This document shows positions 54,507 to 64,000 of a stretch of 64,000 nt of DNA, piece by piece; the stretch's first letter is position 1, and every line of letters starts with the position of its first letter. Source of the DNA: an uncultured Solirubrobacteraceae bacterium (lineage in GTDB: Bacteria > Actinomycetota > Thermoleophilia > Solirubrobacterales > Solirubrobacteraceae); assembly GCA_963716355.1 (NCBI GenBank), contig OY970308.1, positions 1,707,433-1,771,432 on the forward strand, read 5' to 3'. The notes under the pieces were generated by a model that was given only the letters and a program-made list of their open reading frames with translations, was not told the origin of the DNA and searched no databases. A program made the position numbers and the translations under genes.

Positions 54507-55157
54507 CTACGCCAACAAGGCCCGCAGCGTCCGCGCCGCTTGCTGCGGGTCGGCAGCGCCGGCGATCGCACGCAGGACGCACACGCGTGTGGCGCCCGCG
54601 TCGAGCACGTCTGCGATGTTGCTCGCGTCGAGTCCGCCGATGGAGAAGAACGGCACAGGTGAATGAGCAGAGGCGTGGCGAACCAGCTCCAAGCCCACAG
54701 CCCTGCGACCTGGCTTGGTCGGGGTCGCATGAATCGGACCCACGCCGATGTAGTCCACGAGCGAGGGGTCAACGGCGTCGATCTCCGCGGGTGCGTGCGT
54801 GGAGAGCCCGATCAGCATGTCCGGGCCGACGATCTCGCGCACCTCCCCGACGTCCATGTCGTCCTGCCCGACGTGAACCCCGTCCGCGCCGACCTCGCGC
54901 GCGACCGTGGGACGGTCGTTGACGATGAGCAGCATGCCCAATCGCTCGCACAGTGCGCGCGTCGCGTTCGCCACAGCCGCCAGCTCGTCGTCCGGCAGAT
55001 GCTTCTCTCGTAGCTGGAAGATGTCCACTCCTCCCGCCGCCGCTGCTCGGATGAGGTCGGGCAGATCGTGACGCTCAGGGGACGCGCCACACACGAGATA
55101 CAGGCGCGCAGCTGCCAGGCGCGCGCGCCGTTCCGTGCCTAGATCGCCGGCTGTCAT
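54507..55157 (-). CDS. thiE: Thiamine-phosphate synthase
   Basis: QLREK, IVNDR, GVHVGQDD, GLSTH and TPTKPG motifs. Confidence 0.95.
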   Translation of the reverse strand: MTAGDLGTERRARLAAARLYLVCGASPERHDLPDLIRAAAAGGVDIFQLREKHLPDDELAAVANATRALCERLGMLLIVNDRPTVAREVGADGVHVGQDDMDVGEVREIVGPDMLIGLSTHAPAEIDAVDPSLVDYIGVGPIHATPTKPGRRAVGLELVRHASAHSPVPFFSIGGLDASNIADVLDAGATRVCVLRAIAGAADPQQAARTLRALLA

Positions 55158-55693
55158 CCCTTGACCAACAATGCAAGACGTTGCGTCGACTGGTCGTCTG
55201 CTCCCAGCGCTCTTTCCACCCACGCCAGCGCCTCGGGGATGTCAGCGGCTCCCGCTTCCGCGACCGCCTCGATGTCGGCCCAGTTCTTCGTTCGATCGAG
55301 CAGCGTCTTGAATACGACAAGAGCTGTGCACCCGACCACGGGGATCGAGCGCCCGGCAAATGGGACCGTGTGCACGCCGGCTTTGACCTCCGCATGGAAA
55401 GGGTGAACGTCGAGGAACAAGTCGATCGGCGTGTCCTCCCACCACACACGCACCTGACCGTCGCGCTCGGCGGCCTCGACGTCGGCGGGGCTCACCGTCG
55501 TTCCCGCCGGCAATGACGCGAGGATCTCCGCCGCACGTCCCGGCTCGGCGAACACGTTCACGTCGATGTCGCGTGTGCCGCGCGGCTCTTCCGTGCAGTA
55601 CGCCAGGGCGATCGCACCTCCGAACGCGTGGGGCAGCTCGGCAGCCGACAGCGCGTCGTGGATCGCCAGCAGCTTCTCAGGGAGGCTCGTCAT
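55154..55693 (-). CDS. Nucleotidyltransferase (AbiEii/DUF6036-like), putative toxin
   Basis: FGGAIALAY..PRGTRDIDV; FK..RTKNWADI. Confidence 0.75.
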   Translation of the reverse strand: MTSLPEKLLAIHDALSAAELPHAFGGAIALAYCTEEPRGTRDIDVNVFAEPGRAAEILASLPAGTTVSPADVEAAERDGQVRVWWEDTPIDLFLDVHPFHAEVKAGVHTVPFAGRSIPVVGCTALVVFKTLLDRTKNWADIEAVAEAGAADIPEALAWVERALGADDQSTQRLALLVKG

Positions 55694-56010
55694 CCGAGCT
55701 CACGGAGCGTCGTGGGGTATTCGAGCTTGCCCGGCTTGCGGTAGGGCAGCTCGGACGCGAGATCCAGCACCTGCTCCAGGATCCGCCCAGCTCTGACCGG
55801 GTCGATCGGTTCGGGTGTCACCTGCAGGCGCATGCCCGTCGACTCCGCGATGCGCGCGAGCGCATCCACGCCCGGTTGGCGGCGTCCGTGCTCGTATGCG
55901 TTGACGACCGAGCGGGTGAGGCCCGTCGCGCGCGCCAGCTCAGCCTGGGTTAGGCCTCGCTCGGTGCGGATCTCACGGATGAGCCTGCCGGCGACCTGCG
56001 CGTCTGTCAT
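55690..56010 (-). CDS. XRE-family HTH protein, putative antitoxin
   Basis: GLTQAELARATGLTRSVVNAYEHGRRQP; ATGA overlap with the NTase gene. Confidence 0.85.
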   Translation of the reverse strand: MTDAQVAGRLIREIRTERGLTQAELARATGLTRSVVNAYEHGRRQPGVDALARIAESTGMRLQVTPEPIDPVRAGRILEQVLDLASELPYRKPGKLEYPTTLRELG

Positions 56011-56017
56011 AAGAGAA

Positions 56018-56037
56018 TGTTAGCGCATTCGCTAACA
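56018..56037. promoter_or_regulatory. Operator over the leaderless promoter of the HTH-NTase-thiE unit
   Basis: TGTTAGCG-CATT-CGCTAACA; minus-strand TAACAT lies 6 nt before ATG. Confidence 0.7.
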
Positions 56038-56073
56038 GCTCCCTCGGGGGTCGCGGGCGGCTAACCTCGGGGT

Positions 56074-56358
56074 ATGACGCCCACCGACGAGGCCATGGCC
56101 GCACGTGCGGCGCACTACACCGCGCTGCTCGAGACGATCGACCACCAGGGCGCCACCAAGCTGCACCCCAAGGAGCGTGAGCAGCTGCTCGAAGCCGCCG
56201 ACGCGCTGCTGTTCGGCGAGCCCGACGGGCAGGCGCTGCTGCGGCTGGCGGAACGGATGATCGAGTCGCTCGAGACGAGCGAGCGCTGGTCTGCGGAGAG
56301 CTGCGATCAGCTGCGCGAGCACCTCTACGGCTGCGAGGCTCCCGCCAACGTCACCTGA
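56074..56358 (+). CDS. Hypothetical protein
   Basis: TAACCT -10 box 6 nt before ATG; normal codon usage. Confidence 0.7.
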   Translation: MTPTDEAMAARAAHYTALLETIDHQGATKLHPKEREQLLEAADALLFGEPDGQALLRLAERMIESLETSERWSAESCDQLREHLYGCEAPANVT

Positions 56359-56446
56359 CCGTCCCGCGACCGGTCCGCGTGACGCACCCGGCTCGCTCGT
56401 GCGTGCGCACGTCGCTCCGCAATCGGCCGCGGCTAGCATCATCCGC

Positions 56447-57631
56447 ATGTCTCACAGCCACAGCGCCGATGTGCTCGTCGTCGGCGGCGGCGTCATCGGG
56501 CTCGCCGTCGCGTGGCGCGCGCGCCAGCGGGGGATGGCCGTCACCGTGATCGAGCGCGACGTCACCGGACGCGGCACCTCCCATGTCGCCGCCGGCATGC
56601 TCGCACCCGTCGCCGAGGTGGAGTTCGGCGACGCCGGGCGCAGGCTGCTCGACCTCGGCCTGCGCTCCGCCGAGATGTGGGCCGGCTTCGCCGCCGAGCT
56701 CGAAGCGGGCGCCGACATGGAGCTCGGGCTCACGCGCACCGGCACGCTGCTCGTCGCGCGCGACGACGACGACGCACGCGAACTGGAGCGCCAGTTCGCC
56801 TTTCGTCAGTCGCTCGGGCTGGCCGTCGAGCGGCTGCGCCCCAGCGAGGCCCGCGACCGTGAGCCGGCGCTCGCGCCCACCGTGCGGCTCGCGCTCGAAG
56901 CGCCCGACGATCACTCCGTCGACCCCAGGCTGGTCATGCAAGCCCTGCGCCGCGCATGCGACGCCTCCGGCGTGGACATACGCGAGCACTCGACCGTCGC
57001 GAGTGTCGAGCTGGACGATGGAGCGCTCGGCTGCATTCGCGGCGTCGCGCTCACGAACGGGGAGCGCATCTGCGCACCCAGCGTCGTGCTCGCCGCCGGT
57101 CCCTGGACCGCCGACATCGACGGCCTGCCCGCCGCTGCTCGTGTCCCCGTGCGCCCCGTCAAGGGTCAGATCCTGCGCCTGCGCGACCCCGCCGGCCCCG
57201 GCCTGCTGCAGCGCGTGCTGCGCTTCGACGGCGGCTACGTCGTGCCGCGCGGCGACGGCCGCTACGTGCTCGGCGCCACCGTCGAGGAGCGCGGCTTCTC
57301 GCTGCAGCCCACCGTCGGCCCCATCTACGAGCTGCTGCGCGACGCGCACGAGATCGTCCCCGGCATCAGCGAGCTCGACATCGAGGAGCTCTCCGTCGGC
57401 CTGCGGCCCGGCACCCCCGACAACGCGCCCGCCATCGGCCCCGGCGCCGTCCACGGCCTCGTGTGGGCCGCCGGCCACCACCGCAACGGCATCCTCCTCG
57501 CGCCGCTCACCGCACAGCTCGTCGCAGCCGCGCTCGCCGGTGAGGAAATGCCAGCCCAGCTCCGGGACGCATGCGCCGCTGAGCGCTTCACGCCCGCCGC
57601 ACACAACCCTCCAGTGCACGCGATCCATTGA
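56447..57631 (+). CDS. thiO: Glycine oxidase
   Basis: GGGVIG, AAGML, PVKGQ, GLRP and HHRNGILL motifs; thi context. Confidence 0.93.
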   Translation: MSHSHSADVLVVGGGVIGLAVAWRARQRGMAVTVIERDVTGRGTSHVAAGMLAPVAEVEFGDAGRRLLDLGLRSAEMWAGFAAELEAGADMELGLTRTGTLLVARDDDDARELERQFAFRQSLGLAVERLRPSEARDREPALAPTVRLALEAPDDHSVDPRLVMQALRRACDASGVDIREHSTVASVELDDGALGCIRGVALTNGERICAPSVVLAAGPWTADIDGLPAAARVPVRPVKGQILRLRDPAGPGLLQRVLRFDGGYVVPRGDGRYVLGATVEERGFSLQPTVGPIYELLRDAHEIVPGISELDIEELSVGLRPGTPDNAPAIGPGAVHGLVWAAGHHRNGILLAPLTAQLVAAALAGEEMPAQLRDACAAERFTPAAHNPPVHAIH

Positions 57632-57830
57632 TGATCGTCCTCAACGGGCAAGATTCCGACCTGCGCGCCGGCGAAACTGTCGGCGGCGTCCTCGCGCGCA
57701 TCGGTCTCCCACTCGATGCGCGCGGGGTCGCCGTAGCCGTCGACGGGGAGGTCGTGCCGCGCTCCGTCTGGGCCACGTTCGCGCTCGCCGACGACGCGCG
57801 TGTCGAGGTCCTCACCGCGATGCAGGGAGG

Positions 57831-57834
<4 letters not shown>
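57628..57834 (+). CDS. thiS: Sulfur carrier protein
   Basis: 68 aa, C-terminal [14 protein letters not shown]. Confidence 0.93.
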
Positions 57835-59094
<1,260 letters not shown>

Positions 59095-59203
59095 CGTTGG
59101 CGATCCTTTCTCTGCAAGTTCACGTAAACGGACCATCGCACAACCCCATCTTCGCCGTCGCGTCTCGCCGCTCCTCGCCACAGCGCCTAGACTCACCGCT
59201 TCC

Positions 59204-60120
59204 ATGTCACCGCGCCATTTCCTCACCGGAGCCGAGCTGACCGCCGCCGAGCTGGACGCGCTGCTCGACCGCGCGCTCGAGCTCAAGCGCGCGCCGCTCT
59301 CCTCGCAGGCGCTCGCCGGCCGCAGCGTCGCGCTGATCTTCCAGAAGCCCTCGACGCGCACGCGCGTCTCCTTCGAGGTCGGCATCGACGAGCTCGGCGG
59401 GCACCCGGTCGTGCTGCGCTCCGACGAGATGCAGCTCTCGCGCGGCGAGGCGCTGCGCGACACCGCGCTCGTGCTCTCCCGCCACGTCGCCGCGATCGGC
59501 GTGCGCACCGGCCCCGACGACGACGCTCGAGGAGCTCGCCGCGCACAGCACGGTGCCCGTCGATCAACATGCTCACGCGCGCGCCACCACCCCTGCCAGG
59601 CGCTCGCCGACCTGCTCACGCTGCGCGAGGCCTACGGCGACGCTCGACGGGCCTGCGCGTCGCCTACGTCGGCGACGGCAACAACGTCGCCCGCTCGCTC
59701 GCGGTGCTCGGCACGCTCGCCGGCGTCGCACGTCGCCGTCGCCTCGCCCGCCGGCTACTCGCTCGAGGACGACCTCGCGCTGCCGCCGGGCGCGACGGGC
59801 CTCGTCACGCTGCACGACGGATCCGCACGAGGCCGTCGCGGGCGCCTGCGCCGTCTACACCGACGTGTGGGTCAGCATGGGCGACGAGGACGACCGCCGA
59901 GCGAGCGCCGCGCGCGCGCTCGCCGGCTACCGCGTCGACGACGCGCTGCTCGACGCCGCCGCGCCCGGCGCCTTCGCGATGCACGACCTGCCGGCGCACC
60001 CCGGCGAGGAGATCACCGCCGAGGTCCTCTACGGCGCGCGCCAGCGCATCTGGGACCAGGCCGAGAACCGCCGCCACGCGCAGAAGGCGCTGCTCGAGCT
60101 GCTCGTGGCGTGCGCCATGA
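59204..60120 (+). CDS. argF: Ornithine carbamoyltransferase; frameshifted
   Basis: [25 protein letters not shown] and QAENR motifs. Confidence 0.9.
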
Positions 60121-61611
60121 GCGCGTGCAGCCGCCGAGGCGCCAGCGCCGGCGAGGCCGCCGCGTCGCCGCCGCGCCCGCAGCGCGGCGACGAGCTCGAG
60201 CTGCGCGATCGACTCGCTCGCGTTCGGCGGCGAGGGCGTGGCGCGGCTCGGCGACGGCGGCTACGTCGTGTTCGTCGCCGGCGCGATCCCGGGCGACCGC
60301 GTGCGCGCGGTCGTCCACAAGCGCAAGCGCAGCTACGCGCACGCGCGCACGCTCGAGGTGCTCGAGCCGAGCCCCGAGCGGATCGCGCCCGACGGCCGAC
60401 CACCCCGGCGTGCCGTGGCAGGTGATCCCCTACGAGCGCCAGCTGCGAGATCAAGCGCGCGCAGGTCGACGAGGCGCTGCGGCGGATCGGCCACCTCGAC
60501 GGCTTCGAGCTCGAGGAGATCGTCCCGGCGCTCGAGCAGTGGCGCTACCGCAACAAGCTCGAGTACTCGTTCGGCAGCGACGGCGAGGACGGCGAGCTCG
60601 TGTGCGGCTTCCACGCGCCCGCCGGCGGCAACGCGCGTCGCGCCGATCGAGGACTGCCTGCTCGCCTCCGAGCGCGGCAACCCGCGCGCGAGCGTCGCGC
60701 TGCGCTGGTGCCGCGCGCAGGGCCTGCACCGCGTGGGATCGCGGGCGCGGCGACGCGGCGAGCGGCGGCGCGCGCGACGAGCGCATCGGCGCCCGCCGCC
60801 CGACGGGCGCGCGCGGCTGCGCAACCTCGTCGTGCGCGAGGGCCGCCGCACCGGCAAGCTGCAGGTCCGGATCGTCACCACCGACGGCGAGCTCGAGGCG
60901 GGCGCGCTCGCGGCCGCGCTCAGCGAGGCGCTCGGCGAGAGCCTCTCCGGCGTGCTGTGGACGCGCTCGCGGCAGCCTCGCCGAGACGACCACGGGCGGC
61001 GAGACCGAGCTCGTGTGGGGCGAGGCCGAGCTGCCCGAGCGCCTCGGCGAGCTCGACCTGCGGATCTCCGCCGAGGCCTTCTTCCAGACCAACACCGAGA
61101 TGGCCGAGCTGCTCTACGGCGTCGTCGTCGAGTACGCCGCGCTGGAGGGCTGGGAGCGCGTGTACGACCTCTACTGCGGGATCGGCACGATCGCGCTCAC
61201 GCTCGCCCCGCGCGCCGGCGAGCTGTGGGGCATCGAGCTCGATCGAGCAGGCCGTCGCCGACGCGATCGCCGGCGGCCAAGCGCAACGCGATCACCAACG
61301 CCAGCTTCTTCGCCGGCGACACGCGCCTCGCGCTGCGCGAGCTCGTCGAGCGCGCCGGCCGCCCCGACGTCGTCGTCGTCGACCCGCCCCGCGCCGGGCC
61401 TCTCCAAGAAGGTCGTCCACCGCATCATCGACGCCTCGCCCAAGCGCATCGTCTACGTCTCCTGCAACCCGACGACGCTCGCCCCCAACGCCGCCGAACT
61501 GGTCGAGGCCGGGTGGGCGCTGCGCAAGGTGCGGCCCGTCGACATGTTCCCGCAGACGCATCACATCGAGTGCGTCGCGCTGTTCGAGCGCGCCGCTCCG
61601 CGGCCGAGTAG
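60117..61611 (+). CDS. rlmD: 23S rRNA m5U1939 methyltransferase; frameshifted
   Basis: TRAM domain; FFQTN, DLYCGIG, DPPRAG, YVSCNP and [10 protein letters not shown] motifs. Confidence 0.88.
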
Positions 61612-61621
61612 GGTTTCGCCG

Positions 61622-62567
61622 ATGCGCGCCGCCACCATCCGCGAGCAGGAGATCGTGATCGAGGAGCACCCCGACCCCGGCCGGGCGCGGGCGAGGTGCT
61701 CGTGCGCGTGCGCGCCGCCGGGCTGAACGGCGCCGACATGATGCAGCGCCGCGGGCTCTACCCGGCGCCGCCCGGCTCGCCGCAGGACATCCCCGGGCAT
61801 GGAGCTCGCCGGCGAGGTCGCCGCGCTCGGCGACGGGCGCCGAGCGCTTCGCAGCTCGGCGACCGCGTGATGGCGATCGTCGGCGGCGGCGCGCAGGCGG
61901 AGCTCGCGGTCGGTGCACGAGCGCCAGCTGATGCCCGTGCCCGACGCGCTCGACTGGGCCGGCCGCGGGCGGGCTGCCGGAGGTCTTCACGACCGCGCAC
62001 GACGCCGTCTTCGCGCAGGCGGGGCTGCGCGCCGGCGAGCGGCTGCTCGTGCACGGCGGCGCCGGCGGCGTCGGCACCGCCGCGATCCAGCTCGGCGCGC
62101 GCCGCCGGCGCGCGCGTCACCGCGACCGTGCGCAGCGAGGAGCTGCGCGACGCAGGTCGCCGAGCTCGGCGCGCAGGCGATCGCGCCCGAGGGCTTCGCC
62201 GAGCACGGCCCGTTCGACGTGATCCTCGAGCTCGTCGGCGCGCCCAACCTGGCGGAGAACCTGCAGGCGCTCGCCACCGGCGGGCGCATCGCGGTGATCG
62301 GCGTCTCCGCCGGCGCCAAGGCCGAGCTCAACCTGCTCGCGCTGATGGGCAAGCGCGCGCGCATCCACGGCTCGACGCTGCGCGCGCGCCCGCTCGAGGA
62401 GAAAGCGCTCGCCGCGCGGCTGCTCGAGCACGAGGTGCTGCCGCTGTTCGACACCGGCGCGCTGCGCGTGCCCGTCGCCGAGACCTTCCCGCTCGAGCGA
62501 GGCCGCCGCGGCCTACGAGCGCTTCGCCGCCGGCGGCAAGCTCGGCAAGATCGTGCTCACGGCCTGA
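61622..62567 (+). CDS. NAD(P)H:quinone oxidoreductase (MDR family); frameshifted
   Basis: [27 protein letters not shown] and GKIVL motifs. Confidence 0.88.
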
Positions 62568-62620
62568 GCGCACGCCGGGGCCCGTGCGGCCCTTGCGGTG
62601 TCGGGCGGCTGACCGGGACC

Positions 62621-63227
62621 TCAGTAGGGCGGCTGCGCGGCGTACCAGTCGCCGAGCACGCGGAAGGCGGCCCAGAAGTCGCGCTTGGCGTCCTGCTCGT
62701 CGAGCGACTCGTCGATGTTGGGCACGTACAGCGCGTCGATCGTCGGCGTCAGCTGCTGGATCTCGCCGAGCTGCGGCGTCGAGCGGGCGCGCGAGCGGGA
62801 TGTCCATCTCGTTGAGCGCGGCGAGCGCCTCGGCGCCCATCACGACGACGATCTTCGGCTGCACGATCGCGATCTCCTCGACCACGCGCGCGACGCACGC
62901 GAAGTCGGCGAGCGAGGCGTCGCTGAGCGGGCACTTCACGCACAGCGTGCCGTAGACGGCGAGCGGGTCGATCGACAGGCGCTTGAGCGACTTCATCAGC
63001 GCGCCGCCCGCGCGGCCGTAGAAGGCGACGCCCTCCTCGATCTCCGAGGGCAGCGGCGCGTGCTTGAGCAGCATGATGTCGGCCTGCGGGTGGCCCGAGC
63101 CGAGCACCGGCATGAGGTTGCCGCGCGGGCAGTGCGGGCAGGCCTGCAGCTCGCGCGTGAGCGTGTTCAGCTCGCGGATCGCTCGCTCGAGGTACTTCTC
63201 GCGGATCTCGTCGTCGGTCACGGGCAT
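62621..63227 (-). CDS. Uracil-DNA glycosylase family-4-like fold protein with divergent active site; frameshifted
   Basis: CPHC, VLGSG, FYGRAG, VKC..C and QPKIVVVMG motifs. Confidence 0.75.
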
Positions 63228-63275
63228 CGACCCCGAGGGATTTGACGGGTGCGTCGTCTTGTCCTTGACGGTGCA

Positions 63276-64000
63276 TCAGTAGTTGCGCCGCGACGCCGCT
63301 TCTATCTCCGCCGCCACCGCCGTGGGAGCGCGCCGAGGCGCTTCAGCCGCCGCGCCTTGCTCGCCCGCCTGCGCGGAGGGCGGCGTGGCCCTGGTCTGCA
63401 GGAACTTCAGCGCCTGCACGTACAGCAGCGAGGACGGCCGGGTGAGGATGTCGGCGTCGCGCAGCGACTGCAGGAACTCCTCCGGGCCGTCGAAGTCGCG
63501 CATGCGGATCCGCACCGAGCCGAGGCCCTGCGCGACGTGCGAGTCCGAGCCGGCGCCCGCCGACGATGCGGTACTTGGCGGCGAAGCGCGCCGCCTCGTC
63601 GTTGAACGCGCCGATCGCCACGCGCGGGTTGAACACCTCGATCGCGTCGACGTCGTCGAGGATCGTCAGCAGGTGCTCGTAGTCGGGCACCGAGTGCATG
63701 CGGTCGAACGGGTGCGGCACGTAGACGAGCCCGCCCTGGCGCTTGATCTCGGCGACCGTCTCCTCGAGGCTCAGCCCGCGCGGGATCTTCTCCTCGATGA
63801 ACAGGCCGATCACCTCGCCCTGCGCGGCCGTCTTGACCTCCTCGCCGACGATCACCTTGACGCCGGGCGGCTCGTGCCGGCCTGCGCGCTGCGCCTCCAG
63901 CGCGCCGGAGATCTCGTTGTGGTCGGTCACCGCGATCGCGCCGAGACCCTGCTCGCGCGCGGTCGCGAGCAGCACCTCGACGGGCGTGGCGCAGTCGTGG
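63276..64000 (-). CDS. PHP-domain protein, 5' end outside the window; frameshifted
   Basis: VTDHN, GEEV, PHPFD, IEVFN and GSDSH motifs. Confidence 0.88.

Noticed and set aside
56359-56446. TPP riboswitch upstream of thiO
   Set aside because: No CTGAGA core seen; a -10 box sits 7 nt from the ATG, suggesting a leaderless transcript

Overview
High-GC actinobacterial window. The expanded secreted-protein families and gene content point to Thermoleophilia/Solirubrobacterales (inference). 1-5.4 kb is an accessory/defence edge: IS3-family element, GmrSD-like DUF262-HNH gene with a coupled unknown ORF, HTH-PIN toxin-antitoxin pair and a decayed tyrosine integrase. 5.6-22 kb is a secreted-protein locus: two giant exported proteins converge on a TetR-adjacent 7-gene operon (ABC1 kinase, three secreted proteins, ABC exporter, unknown), and a Cys-paired module recurs across these genes. 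22-64 kb is mostly housekeeping: xth, oxidoreductases, tkt-tal, acyl-CoA dehydrogenases, lipA/lipB, a pyruvate dehydrogenase-type complex, thiE/thiOSG, argF, rlmD. It is interrupted by a VapBC pair, an S1 protease and an HTH-nucleotidyltransferase pair. An atypical tRNA (UUC anticodon, non-Glu-like body, UUCG hairpin inserted in the D-loop) lies at 29162-29257. Many conserved genes carry 1-2 nt indels, most likely long-read sequencing errors, so their coordinates are approximate. No CRISPR array or rRNA was seen.
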